Below are positions 39,023-48,479 of a DNA stretch of 64,000 bases, piece by piece. The translations under genes were made by a program, and so were the position numbers. This DNA is from a virus: IMG/VR virus record IMGVR_UViG_3300029868_000018, one strand, 5' to 3'. Each line of letters starts with the position of its first letter. Position 1 is the stretch's first letter. Under the pieces are notes generated by a model. That model did not search any database. It saw nothing but the letters and a program-made list of their open reading frames with translations, and was not told where the DNA came from.

Positions 39023-39271
39023 ATGGAACTATCTAAACAACCACCAACAACAATAACAATAGAACAAGTTGTCGCAACAACAGCTTATTCTAAAATGAAC
39101 CCTATCAGAAAACAGATCATTCGTAAATGGAATAATATAAAAGCCATTGATAACGGGCTTAAAGTTTCACTTCATTTAGGTTATGAAAATTGGAGCAAAG
39201 ACACCAACGCTACGAATATCAATAAAGATATTATAAAAGAACTTTACGATATTCACAGGGCCAATGTTTAA
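39023..39271 (+). CDS. hypothetical protein
   Basis: 82-aa track ORF. Confidence 0.6.
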   Translation: MELSKQPPTTITIEQVVATTAYSKMNPIRKQIIRKWNNIKAIDNGLKVSLHLGYENWSKDTNATNINKDIIKELYDIHRANV

Positions 39272-39587
39272 AATGATCGACAAAAAAGGAGCCGTTCTTA
39301 AGTCTGATAACATAAGCGACCTTTGCGATAAAATAATAGACAACCATAACGGAGAATGTCATTTTTTTATCGACTACGCCCTTTTAACCGACGATGATTT
39401 TCTAAAAACATACTTAACCAACGCTAAAAACTACACCAAGTACCTTGAGTTGTTTCGGCTGATAAAGCGACCTAGAAAAAGCTTGGTAAAATCAAGCCCA
39501 AAACTATATGTAGCGACAAAAAAACCAATGTCAATTTTTAATTACGTAAAATCCTTGCAATGGCAAAAAAAAACCAACACACATTAG
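39264..39587 (+). CDS. hypothetical protein
   Basis: 107-aa track ORF. Confidence 0.6.
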   Translation: MFKMIDKKGAVLKSDNISDLCDKIIDNHNGECHFFIDYALLTDDDFLKTYLTNAKNYTKYLELFRLIKRPRKSLVKSSPKLYVATKKPMSIFNYVKSLQWQKKTNTH

Positions 39588-39997
39588 AAGACGTTTTTAA
39601 GGCTGTAAAAGAACGGCTTATAAACAACAACCTTTCGTTGAAAGAGATTTCCGACAGTATGGGGGTTTCCGAAGAAATTTTAGATATATTTTTTGACGAA
39701 TCTAATAATGTAGTCAGCGACTTATCAAACCTAATCGCGTTTTCAAAAACCGTATTAACTTTTAGGCAATATCAATTCAGGCCCTTTATTATTACTGAAG
39801 AAAAAGAGTATATAAAAATCACAAAAACATTGGTTCCTAAATGCTCAGTCTATTACAGCAAGATAAGTGAAGAATTTTACAGGTTCTATACTCCGCACCA
39901 AAAAAACCTTACCGAAGAAGCTAAACAAGTAGCTTTAAACGAAATGCACGACAAGATTAAGGAGTATATAGGTAATCGTGATAAGGTAAAATCGTAA
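39560..39997 (+). CDS. hypothetical protein with an N-terminal HTH-like segment
   Basis: 145 aa. LSLKEISDSMGVSEEIL looks like a helix-turn-helix. Confidence 0.55.
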   Translation: MAKKNQHTLEDVFKAVKERLINNNLSLKEISDSMGVSEEILDIFFDESNNVVSDLSNLIAFSKTVLTFRQYQFRPFIITEEKEYIKITKTLVPKCSVYYSKISEEFYRFYTPHQKNLTEEAKQVALNEMHDKIKEYIGNRDKVKS

Positions 39998-40013
39998 ATA
40001 ATTTACATTTATC

Positions 40014-40044
40014 TTGTCAGCGATACAATTATGTTGTAATTTTG
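40014..40044 (+). promoter_or_regulatory. promoter TTG-N20-TAATTTTG
   Basis: TTG at 40014..40016, a 20-nt spacer, TAATTTTG at 40037..40044, and the ATG at 40060. Confidence 0.55.
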
Positions 40045-40059
40045 TAAAAAATATTTTTA

Positions 40060-40563
40060 ATGAAAGCAAATACCTACATAGCATTTGACGGACAGAACTA
40101 CAAGATAGGGTCTTCTATCAATCCAAATATAAGAATAGCAAATATAAGAACAATGAACCCTACGGTTAAATTAATTCATTTTGGAAGCAAAGGGACTGTT
40201 GAGTCGATAATGCACAAGATTTTCAAAGACTTTAGGGTTGACGGATCAAGAGAGTGGTACTCTTTTGATGAAAAAACATTAAAACAAGCAATTCACTATA
40301 TAGATGTCGAGTTTATAGATTTAAAAATAACAAACCCTTTAAAGGCAAGGGTTCAGGCTTGCAAAAACAAAATAGAGCGGTTAGGGGTAAAATCAGCGTT
40401 ATATTATTTTTGCTTGCATCACGAAAAATATCAATACGACAAAAGAAACCCGTCAGGGAGAGCTAAAAACCTTTGGTACTGTAAAATTACAGACGAAGAT
40501 TTTACCACAAAACTAGAAGAATTTGTAATTAATAAAACAAAAGAGCATAAACAATATAAATAA
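40060..40563 (+). CDS. T5orf172/GIY-YIG-superfamily domain protein
   Basis: 167 aa. YIAFDGQNYKIGSS..NIR..N, then H..F...R..GSREWY matches the T5orf172 (MUG113-like) pattern. Confidence 0.6.
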   Translation: MKANTYIAFDGQNYKIGSSINPNIRIANIRTMNPTVKLIHFGSKGTVESIMHKIFKDFRVDGSREWYSFDEKTLKQAIHYIDVEFIDLKITNPLKARVQACKNKIERLGVKSALYYFCLHHEKYQYDKRNPSGRAKNLWYCKITDEDFTTKLEEFVINKTKEHKQYK

Positions 40564-40564
40564 T

Positions 40565-41635
40565 ATGGATAATCCAAAAGCAAATTTAGCAAAAGCAGTA
40601 CTTAAAGTAATGAAAGCCGTTAGTAGTGTTGAAAAAAACACCAACGTCGGCACAGGAAGAAGCTCATATAAAGGGGTTTCCGACAAAGATGTTAAAATAG
40701 CCTTTCAAAAAGCATTTATAGACGCAAATCTTGTCATACTACCTATTAAAGTAACGCCAAGAATACACATTGACTCTTGGGAGGAAGTAAATCAGCAATA
40801 CAATACCACAAAGCTAAAACGTTCTGTTTTCACCGAAGTAGACACCGAATATTTATTAATTCACGCAGAGAGCGGAGAAAGTCAAGTGATTGTTGGGTAC
40901 GGACATGGAGTTGACAGTCAAGACAAATCGTGTGGTAAAAGCACGACTTACGCCTTAAAATACACGCTCCTGTACACGTTCTTAACCCCTACAGGTGACA
41001 TTGACGATAGCGACAACACTCATTCAAACGATATTCCAAACGTCCCTGCAAACAAACAAAAACCTCAACAGACTCAACAGAAAAAAACTGTTACGGAAGT
41101 TAAAAAGACACTTACAGAGGAAGCGTTCCAAAAAGCTCTTAAGTTTACAAAGCCTGAAATTGAAAAGTTGCTAAGACTTTACAATGTTACTCCCGAACAC
41201 GCCCAAGAACTTACTGCGAAAATTGAGTCGTTATCTTCAGGAGCCAAAAAGGAACCGACAAAGGAAGAAGAAAATACCGTTGAAGTGAAAGCGGGGGAAA
41301 CAGGAACCGATATTAAACCGAAAGAACTGCCTAAATTAACTAAAGGGAGTGACGATTGGAAGAAAGTTGTAGGGTATATCGAAGACGGAACCTTAGTTGC
41401 TATGTCTCAAGTACAAGCGAAATTCAAAGTTACTGTAGCTTTAACGAAAACCATAAAAGGATTAATAGCTACCAAGCAAGTAGAAATCCCTGAACAGCAA
41501 GAAAGAAAACCTGCAATTCCAATCGCTGTTTACAAAGAAGTGTTGAAAATGGAGAAGCTAGACATAATCCCAATACTTGAAAAATACAGAATGTCGGCAG
41601 ATCAACGCAAGACGCTTGAAAACCTATCTAAATAA
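40565..41635 (+). CDS. erf: Erf-family single-strand annealing recombinase
   Basis: 356 aa. LAKAVLKVMKAV..VEKN..Y.GVSDKDV, then GHGVDSQDKSCGKSTTYALKYTLLYTFL..TGD.DD matches the ERF superfamily core. Confidence 0.7.
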   Translation: MDNPKANLAKAVLKVMKAVSSVEKNTNVGTGRSSYKGVSDKDVKIAFQKAFIDANLVILPIKVTPRIHIDSWEEVNQQYNTTKLKRSVFTEVDTEYLLIHAESGESQVIVGYGHGVDSQDKSCGKSTTYALKYTLLYTFLTPTGDIDDSDNTHSNDIPNVPANKQKPQQTQQKKTVTEVKKTLTEEAFQKALKFTKPEIEKLLRLYNVTPEHAQELTAKIESLSSGAKKEPTKEEENTVEVKAGETGTDIKPKELPKLTKGSDDWKKVVGYIEDGTLVAMSQVQAKFKVTVALTKTIKGLIATKQVEIPEQQERKPAIPIAVYKEVLKMEKLDIIPILEKYRMSADQRKTLENLSK

Positions 41636-41651
41636 TTAAAAATTCAGCATA

Positions 41652-41879
41652 ATGACAGATCAGGAAATTCAAAACTACGAATATTGTAAAAAACACCTAA
41701 AAGAAATAAAGGGCTTTAAGGAATCACTCCCTCATAATCACCAAATGCATGGTTGTGGATCACAAGCTCCAAGTATAGAGCATAGTCTTGATAAGACTCA
41801 TAGAGAGATGCACGAAAGTATATTAATTGCTTATGATGTTGCTAGAGATAAAATACAAGGAATGATTAAAAAGATTTAA
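41652..41879 (+). CDS. hypothetical protein
   Basis: 75-aa track ORF. Confidence 0.6.
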   Translation: MTDQEIQNYEYCKKHLKEIKGFKESLPHNHQMHGCGSQAPSIEHSLDKTHREMHESILIAYDVARDKIQGMIKKI

Positions 41880-41882
41880 GCT

Positions 41883-42125
41883 ATGAAAAACTTGTTATTT
41901 ATATTCCCCGCATTATTGTTTTTAGCTTCATTCCATAGCAGTCAACAAACCTTCTGTAGTGGATTTAAAATAGGCTACAAAAATGGATGGTGTTATAATC
42001 AAATTTCGCCTTGCACGACACCAAATACTCCTAATTGCCCCTTGCCTGAGATTTACAAAGAAGATTATCAAGACGGGTATAATCGGGGCTTTATAAAAGG
42101 GATAAAGGATTTTGAAGGTAGATGA
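41883..42125 (+). CDS. small secreted Cys-containing protein
   Basis: 80 aa with a signal-peptide-like MKNLLFIFPALLFLASF. Confidence 0.55.
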   Translation: MKNLLFIFPALLFLASFHSSQQTFCSGFKIGYKNGWCYNQISPCTTPNTPNCPLPEIYKEDYQDGYNRGFIKGIKDFEGR

Positions 42126-42304
42126 AACGGAAAGCTAACAGCACGTTACCGCTTGAAACGGAAATTGAAGTAGTGGCTATCAAAGGTGACACGATTATTA
42201 AACAGGTTATGACTTACGGAAAAGCCCTTAACGCGAAAAAAGCAAAGGGATGGTCTTATACAAATTATCAATTAGGATTTAGCTCATTTAAAAATACGAA
42301 ATAA
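42122..42304 (+). CDS. hypothetical protein
   Basis: 60-aa track ORF with an ATGA overlap. Confidence 0.5.
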   Translation: MKRKANSTLPLETEIEVVAIKGDTIIKQVMTYGKALNAKKAKGWSYTNYQLGFSSFKNTK

Positions 42305-42678
42305 TGGAAATTGTACAAATAGGTAGCAGAAATTGTGTTGAAAACAACGACGGAAAACACAAAACAATCCCTTTAAAATACCTAGCCCTTGTTGAAGGTC
42401 TTAGAAAGTTCGACTTCGACTTTTCTAAAAAACTATTGTTTCCGCACGAAAGGTTCAAGTTTGAGGTTATGCTTTATGAAAATAACATAAAGTCAACCGA
42501 GCCATATCTATACGAATTGATAGAAGGGGTGAAGCCTACAAAGGTTTTTAAGGTTGAATGCAAGTTCAATGACGACAGGTACGAAATATTGTACGGGGAG
42601 TATTCTTTAAAATGTAGCGAAAAGCTTTACAAATACGCTGACAAAGAAATGCAACATAATAAAAAATCACAACTGTAA
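42304..42678 (+). CDS. hypothetical protein
   Basis: 124-aa track ORF. Confidence 0.6.
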   Translation: MEIVQIGSRNCVENNDGKHKTIPLKYLALVEGLRKFDFDFSKKLLFPHERFKFEVMLYENNIKSTEPYLYELIEGVKPTKVFKVECKFNDDRYEILYGEYSLKCSEKLYKYADKEMQHNKKSQL

Positions 42679-42932
42679 TGAAAGCAGAAAAAGCCGTTAA
42701 ACCACCATTAGGTGTAATGAGTAAAAGGCACTACACCGCTTTCTTAAGAGAAGATATTGACGCAAACGGAGGAATGAGTTTAAATTCCATAAGAACCAAA
42801 AGGCTAGGTGACTTAAACGGAGCCATTCAAAGATATGCCGAAGCAAAAATGAATATAGATATTAAGTGGATTAATGAGTATAACGACATTCTTAGTGAAT
42901 TAGGTGTTGAGCCGAATAATTTTAAGTTATGA
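42678..42932 (+). CDS. hypothetical protein
   Basis: 84-aa track ORF. Confidence 0.6.
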   Translation: MKAEKAVKPPLGVMSKRHYTAFLREDIDANGGMSLNSIRTKRLGDLNGAIQRYAEAKMNIDIKWINEYNDILSELGVEPNNFKL

Positions 42933-43138
42933 TGATAGATGTTATTTTATGGATTATAGCGATAGGCTTTACAGTAATAGCCGTTCACGACTTTGTAATT
43001 CCCTTTATCAAAAGGAAACTGATGTGGTTTAGTGTTATTCGGAAAATGAAGAAGATCATTAAAAGCAATCCAAAATCTGAATCGCTTGACAATATTTTAA
43101 AAGAAATGAAAGAGTGTAATAAAGAAGAAAAGTTATGA
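42929..43138 (+). CDS. small membrane protein (1 TM)
   Basis: 69 aa with N-terminal TM VILWIIAIGFTVIAVHDFVI. Confidence 0.55.
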   Translation: MMIDVILWIIAIGFTVIAVHDFVIPFIKRKLMWFSVIRKMKKIIKSNPKSESLDNILKEMKECNKEEKL

Positions 43139-43635
43139 AAAAAATAGAAATATCAGACGAAATGTATAATTCGTTAATGGAGCTATCAAAAGACCTAAAC
43201 AGTCAAAACCATAGAATTACAACAATGCCTTACTTTTTCCAAATCCAAACAGACGAGCAAGTGGCTGTTCCCGAAGGAAATGGTACGGAGGCTTGGCACT
43301 ATGACGGGGCTGTTATAGAAACCGACGAGGAAATTAAAGACGCTGTTATTGAGTATAAAGAATGGGAGGATTATAAGGCTGAATTTGACAAGCTTACCGA
43401 TTCTGAAATTGAAGAATATTTAGAAGAAGCGGGTTGGAGTAAATGTAATTTCGACACCGTTAAAAGACTTGAAAATTCTTTTTTCACAGAAAAGGCTTGT
43501 AAAGCTCATATAGAACAAAACAGCTATCATTACAACAATCCTGTAGATTATCTTTCTCACGCGACTAGAAACCCTGAAATGGAGCTTGTGATGAAATTTC
43601 TTTGTGAGTTAAGCGGAGGAAAATTACATAAATAA
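43135..43635 (+). CDS. hypothetical acidic protein
   Basis: 166-aa track ORF. Confidence 0.65.
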   Translation: MKKIEISDEMYNSLMELSKDLNSQNHRITTMPYFFQIQTDEQVAVPEGNGTEAWHYDGAVIETDEEIKDAVIEYKEWEDYKAEFDKLTDSEIEEYLEEAGWSKCNFDTVKRLENSFFTEKACKAHIEQNSYHYNNPVDYLSHATRNPEMELVMKFLCELSGGKLHK

Positions 43636-43640
43636 TAATT

Positions 43641-43772
43641 ATGAGCGAAAGAACCGACTTTGACGACCCACAAAATGAAAAAGAAGCGCACCAATGCAAC
43701 GTTTGTGAGTGCGAGATAGAAAGCGAAGGAATATGTAACAAAAGGTCTTGCTTTGAGGCTGATAACAGATAG
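43641..43772 (+). CDS. 43-aa Cys-rich ORF not in the track
   Basis: ATG 43641 to TAG 43772 (..HQCNVCECEIESEGICNKRSC..). Confidence 0.4.
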   Translation: MSERTDFDDPQNEKEAHQCNVCECEIESEGICNKRSCFEADNR

Positions 43773-43776
43773 AATT

Positions 43777-44196
43777 ATGACACCAATAAACCATATAATA
43801 CCCTACTTACCTTATCAATTAAAATTTGAATTGTTAGATTATAAGTCGGATTACGTAGGTGAGAAATACGGAATATGTAACGGATTCTACTTTATAGGAG
43901 ATGGAGCGTATTATACTTTTAAAGACAGAAGTACTGCGGGTAAAAACACCAATAACTGCAAGCCGATATTAAAACCAATCGCAGACCTTAACACGTTGAT
44001 ACATAAAGACGAATTAGAGTGTACTTATTTTGATTGGATTTTAGTAGAATATGATATTAATATATTCAAGTTTTTAGATACGCATGGTCTTGAAAAACTC
44101 CCATACGAAGTGATGGAGTATTTGCTCGAACATCATTTTGATATTTTCGGCTTAATAGAGAAAAAGCAAGCGGTTGACATTAATACTTTGAAATAA
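43777..44196 (+). CDS. hypothetical protein
   Basis: The track ORF begins at a non-ATG codon, 43753. The first ATG is 43777 (MTPINHIIPYLPYQ..). Confidence 0.6.
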   Translation: MTPINHIIPYLPYQLKFELLDYKSDYVGEKYGICNGFYFIGDGAYYTFKDRSTAGKNTNNCKPILKPIADLNTLIHKDELECTYFDWILVEYDINIFKFLDTHGLEKLPYEVMEYLLEHHFDIFGLIEKKQAVDINTLK

Positions 44197-44492
44197 TGAG
44201 AGGATCTAAAGAACAACTTATAGAAATGCAACAAAAGTGGATTCAGGACACGCCCGTCTTCGCTATTGACCGTATTTATTGCAAAGGGTTGCTTCAAGAG
44301 TTTGCTGATTACGAAGAAGAAAGCAAGGCGACACGAATTCATAAAATGTGTTTAGCTGTAGGTAAGTTTAATCTTGCAGAGAAAATATATATCAAATATA
44401 GCTTAACTGAAATACACGACCTCACAGTCGCTTGCGGATTAGCATTATTAGCTTCAAAAAACTTAAAATCAAAAAAACGTAATGGAAACTAA
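44196..44492 (+). CDS. hypothetical protein
   Basis: 98-aa track ORF. Confidence 0.6.
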   Translation: MRGSKEQLIEMQQKWIQDTPVFAIDRIYCKGLLQEFADYEEESKATRIHKMCLAVGKFNLAEKIYIKYSLTEIHDLTVACGLALLASKNLKSKKRNGN

Positions 44493-44790
44493 TTTACCAA
44501 CACACTACAGGTACGAAAGACGATATTCCTTAGACCAAACGGTTAAAAGTATAGAGCTTATAAAGTATGAAGCTATTAGAGAAACAAATGGGGGTTATTG
44601 GCTTAAACAGCAATATTCAGCAGACAAGTTTGTTTTGAAAGTTTCAAACCGAAGATTTGCATACCCAACAAAAGAAGAAGCTTTTGACAGCTTCACAAAA
44701 AGAACTAAAAAATCTTTTCAATACGCGAAAAGAGATATGTTAAATGCCGAAACGTTTTTAATGCTAATTAAAGAATTTAAGATCAAATAA
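44482..44790 (+). CDS. hypothetical protein
   Basis: 102-aa track ORF. Confidence 0.6.
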   Translation: METNLPTHYRYERRYSLDQTVKSIELIKYEAIRETNGGYWLKQQYSADKFVLKVSNRRFAYPTKEEAFDSFTKRTKKSFQYAKRDMLNAETFLMLIKEFKIK

Positions 44791-45758
44791 TGGAAAAAAC
44801 TAAAGCAGTACCCTACGAAGAAATGTCAGTACGTCAACAAGTTATTCAAGACTTGATTGATAAAAAAGTACGGCTAAGTTATTCAACTTTAAAAAAGTTT
44901 GACAGCCCAATTTCTATCATAAACCATTTGGTTAAAAAAAGAACAACGGTTTTTATACCTACAGAAGCAATGGTATTTGGAAGTATTTGCGATCAACTTC
45001 TTTTCACTCCCGACGACATAGATAAGAACTTTGTTTTTACCGACCATATTCCAAGCACAGACTTAATGATTGGATTTGCTAACGACATGATTCAGTTAGG
45101 ATTGGAAGGTAAAGAAGCTGACGACGACACAAAGCAAGCGATTTATTCTAATTGGTATAAGAAAGGGACATTTGAGAAAACCTACGAGAAGCTAGAAGTA
45201 TTTATTGAAGGTAAGATTGCTAAAAAAGACGTTGGAACAAAGGTATTGCTTGAAACTGCGAAAGATTTAATTGGAAATCTTAAAGAGCATAACGAGGTTG
45301 ACGAATTGTTAGACCAAATGGTTGAGACGCAAAAGAAAATAGGCTTTATCTACGACGGTTGGGAGTTTATAGGGTATTTAGACGCGTATATGAAAGGTGA
45401 CAATATTCTTGACGGGAAATACACAAAGGATTCAAACCCTGAACAATTTAATAGAGATATTTACAATTTAAAATACCACCTCCAAGCGGGTGTTTATAGC
45501 TCTTACTTGATTGAGTCAGGTATTAATATGTTTCCTGAATACACGTTTTTAACTTATGATAAATCTTACAACTACTCCGTTATTAAAATGGATAGAAATT
45601 ATATCAATTATGGCATACGTGAATTTCAATTTCTTACACAGAAAATGAGCCAAATGTCAAAATACAAGCAATTCGGGAAATCATACGGTTTCTTTAAAAA
45701 AGAATTTACAGCTACTAAGCCTAATTGGGCTAGAGGATTTGATTTAAAAGGAGAATAA
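44790..45758 (+). CDS. PD-(D/E)xK nuclease (RecB/Cas4-like exonuclease)
   Basis: 322 aa. FGSICDQ, then GYLDAY..ILDGKYTKD (D..D.K), then YHLQAGVYSSY (Q..Y), the usual motif order of this fold. Confidence 0.6.
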   Translation: MEKTKAVPYEEMSVRQQVIQDLIDKKVRLSYSTLKKFDSPISIINHLVKKRTTVFIPTEAMVFGSICDQLLFTPDDIDKNFVFTDHIPSTDLMIGFANDMIQLGLEGKEADDDTKQAIYSNWYKKGTFEKTYEKLEVFIEGKIAKKDVGTKVLLETAKDLIGNLKEHNEVDELLDQMVETQKKIGFIYDGWEFIGYLDAYMKGDNILDGKYTKDSNPEQFNRDIYNLKYHLQAGVYSSYLIESGINMFPEYTFLTYDKSYNYSVIKMDRNYINYGIREFQFLTQKMSQMSKYKQFGKSYGFFKKEFTATKPNWARGFDLKGE

Positions 45759-45760
45759 TT

Positions 45761-45955
45761 ATGAGAGAGTTTGAAGAATTATCAGAAGTTGAAAAAGCCT
45801 TAAGAAGCTTAATATATGCGGTTGAAAGTAAAGATATACCCAATCCAAAACACCCGTTCCCTTTAGGAGAACAATATCTTTCTATAACACTTGTAGACGT
45901 TAAAAAAATAGCCAAAAATCTTAATATTCCATTAGTCAAAATCGAAAAACTTTAA
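45761..45955 (+). CDS. hypothetical protein
   Basis: 64-aa track ORF. Confidence 0.5.
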   Translation: MREFEELSEVEKALRSLIYAVESKDIPNPKHPFPLGEQYLSITLVDVKKIAKNLNIPLVKIEKL

Positions 45956-45957
45956 AA

Positions 45958-47268
45958 ATGAAAATAAAAAACATTAAAATACAGAATTACAAAGCTATAT
46001 CTAGTCAGAATTTAGATTTAAACGGAGCTTCCGTTATTGTTATGGCAGGAAATAACAAAGGTAAAACAAGCGCTTTACGCGGGTTAATTGACCGTTTCAG
46101 AGGCGAAAAACCTGAAATAATAGTTAAGGAAGGTGAGGAAAAAGGCTTCAATAGAATGGAGCTAACCGATGGATCTAAAATTGATTGGAAATTTACCAAG
46201 AAAGGAGAATCCTTTTCATTCACAACCGCAGACGACATTAAAATGACCACAGGCGTATTGTCAGCTATCGGAAAGAAGTATTTTGGAGAAAGGTTTAGTA
46301 TTGATGACTTTCTTAAAAGCAGTAAAGCAGAGGCGCTTAAAATGGTGCAAAAATTATTAGGCATAGATTTATCTGAATTGGAAGCAGAACATAAAGTTGC
46401 TTTCGATAAAAGAACAATCGCTAACGCAGAGATTAAGCGTTTACGGATTTTAGACAAAAAAGCTCCCGAAGTAGTTACCGCCCCTGATATTGAAGGATTA
46501 AAGAAAGAAAAAGAAGGACTGAAAGAAAAAAATACAGCTCTTAAAGCTAAATGGGAAATAGATAATACAGCGCACCAAAAAGAAGCTACTGATTTCAATA
46601 ACATTCAAGCCGAAAGAAAGAAGCGCAGAGAGGATTTTATGACAGATTGGAAAACAGTTGACCACCTTGAAGACGAAGACACTCACGAAATTACCGCTTT
46701 TATAGACCTAGAAAGCATTAGTAGGTTTTATGATAAAATGAAATCTCCTGAGCAATTAAAAGAAATCACTTCTTTAAACGAACCTAAGTATAACGACTTT
46801 GTTGATATTGACGCTAAGATTGAAACGGCTATAGGAGACAAAGCTAAATTCGATAATTACGAAACCGACCTTAAAGATTTTAACGATTGGAGAGAAGAAG
46901 GGAATACCGCCCTAGCTACTCGCGACGATCTTAATGATGAAATTGGCGTAATAGCGGGTAAAAAACTAAAACTAATCAAAAAAGCAAAACTCCCTGCTGA
47001 TTTTGAAATGACCGACGAAGGGCTGTTTTACAAAGGGCTTCCTTTAGACGATAATCAAATTTCTAGTTCGGCAAAATACATTTGCGCTTTAAAACTTGGG
47101 GTCTTGGTTTTAGGTAAAATACGCACAATGCACTTTGACGCGTCTACATTAGATAAGCAGTCGTTAGCTGAAATTCAAGAGTGGGCGATTGAACAAGATT
47201 TACAGCTTTTAATTGAGCGTCCTGAGTGGGATGGTGGCGAAATCAAGTATGATATAATTGAAAATTAA
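45958..47268 (+). CDS. SMC/RecF/SbcC-like AAA ATPase with a coiled-coil insert
   Basis: 436 aa. IKIQNYKAI.. N-terminus, Walker A GNNKGKTS, a long Lys/Glu coiled-coil middle, and a C-terminal LQLLIERP (Walker B-like). Confidence 0.65.
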   Translation: MKIKNIKIQNYKAISSQNLDLNGASVIVMAGNNKGKTSALRGLIDRFRGEKPEIIVKEGEEKGFNRMELTDGSKIDWKFTKKGESFSFTTADDIKMTTGVLSAIGKKYFGERFSIDDFLKSSKAEALKMVQKLLGIDLSELEAEHKVAFDKRTIANAEIKRLRILDKKAPEVVTAPDIEGLKKEKEGLKEKNTALKAKWEIDNTAHQKEATDFNNIQAERKKRREDFMTDWKTVDHLEDEDTHEITAFIDLESISRFYDKMKSPEQLKEITSLNEPKYNDFVDIDAKIETAIGDKAKFDNYETDLKDFNDWREEGNTALATRDDLNDEIGVIAGKKLKLIKKAKLPADFEMTDEGLFYKGLPLDDNQISSSAKYICALKLGVLVLGKIRTMHFDASTLDKQSLAEIQEWAIEQDLQLLIERPEWDGGEIKYDIIEN

Positions 47269-47271
47269 GCT

Positions 47272-47745
47272 ATGAACAATCCAAAATTTAGAGCGTATTT
47301 AATCAAAGAAAATAAGATGGTTGTCCCGTCTACAATAAACTATAACAGAGGTTATGGCGGAGCTTTAGAAATATTTGTAGATAATCCGTTATTTGACGCT
47401 TATCGAGATATTATAGAAAAGCCTGATTCTGATGTAAAGCCTTTTTTCTCATATATAAATCATTCGCTAGATGTTCATAAAAAAAGAAATAACGGAGATG
47501 ATTTTATATTAGATCAGTTTACGGGAGCGGAGAGCAATAACGGGATGAAAAGCGTAGAGATTTTTAGCGGAGACATTTTACACAACGCAAGTGTAAATAG
47601 CTATTCTGTAGTTGTTTATAATAACGATAAAGCTAGGTGGGACGTAAGGTATTCCGACGAACAGCGAATAAGTTTATCAGACGCTATCGGGAACTTAGAT
47701 ACTGTAGTTGGAAATATTCACTTTAATAAAAATCTACTAAAATAA
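47272..47745 (+). CDS. YopX-family protein
   Basis: 157 aa. KFRAY near the N-terminus and GNIHFNKNLL at the C-terminus. Confidence 0.6.
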   Translation: MNNPKFRAYLIKENKMVVPSTINYNRGYGGALEIFVDNPLFDAYRDIIEKPDSDVKPFFSYINHSLDVHKKRNNGDDFILDQFTGAESNNGMKSVEIFSGDILHNASVNSYSVVVYNNDKARWDVRYSDEQRISLSDAIGNLDTVVGNIHFNKNLLK

Positions 47746-47749
47746 AGGT

Positions 47750-48058
47750 ATGGAGAATTTTAAAGCTAGAGTTTGGGACAAAGTATGTAAATGTTACCCC
47801 GAAAATTACAAAATATTCTTTAACGGGGCGGTATCAATAGAAGATACTTGGGCTTCTAACGACTCGATAATTGAACTATACTCAGGTTTACCCGACTCAA
47901 AAGGCACAGACATTTACGCAGGTGACGTTGTTTATCTTGCAGGGTATGGATTATACGAATGCGAGTTCCTGTTTACATTACTTTACGAGGCTTCAACCGA
48001 AGGCGACATTGGAGAGATTAAAGGAAATATTCATTTAAACCCTGAACTTTTGAAATGA
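47750..48058 (+). CDS. YopX-family protein (short paralog)
   Basis: 102 aa. FKARVWD and a C-terminal GNIHLNPELL. Confidence 0.6.
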   Translation: MENFKARVWDKVCKCYPENYKIFFNGAVSIEDTWASNDSIIELYSGLPDSKGTDIYAGDVVYLAGYGLYECEFLFTLLYEASTEGDIGEIKGNIHLNPELLK

Positions 48059-48468
48059 AACTTGGATTAATTAAACAACTAAACAACACTTTTAAATCGG
48101 CTTTTGATAGCGATTACGAGTATATCAAAAAACTTAAGGTTGGCGAAATTTACTTTTATGAAGTAAAGCGGGAGCGGAATATAGGTTTTCATAGAAAGTT
48201 TTTTGCATTAATTAAAATGGTTTATGAAAATCAAGAACACTATTCCAATTCAGACGATTTAAGAGAGGATCTGCTTATAGAGGCGGGTCACTTTATAAAA
48301 GTTGTTACTTATTGGGGTGAGGAAAGGAAAAAAGCAAAGAGCTTAAGTTTTGCAAGTATGAAGCAAGATGATTTCGATATAATGTACGAAGACGTATTAA
48401 ATACAATCGTAAAACACTTTCACTTTGATAAGCAGGATATTATTGATAACGTAGAGCAATATTTTTAA
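48055..48468 (+). CDS. DUF1367-like phage protein
   Basis: 137 aa. The R.IGFHRKFFALIKMVYENQE block resembles the DUF1367 signature as I recall it. Confidence 0.45.
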   Translation: MKLGLIKQLNNTFKSAFDSDYEYIKKLKVGEIYFYEVKRERNIGFHRKFFALIKMVYENQEHYSNSDDLREDLLIEAGHFIKVVTYWGEERKKAKSLSFASMKQDDFDIMYEDVLNTIVKHFHFDKQDIIDNVEQYF

Positions 48469-48479
48469 ATAAAAACACC

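Noticed and set aside
46005-46604. 199-aa minus-strand ORF
   Set aside because: It lies entirely antisense to the coiled-coil region of the ATPase gene (45958..47268), and its low-complexity Ser/Leu/Phe composition mirrors the Lys/Glu codons on the other strand.
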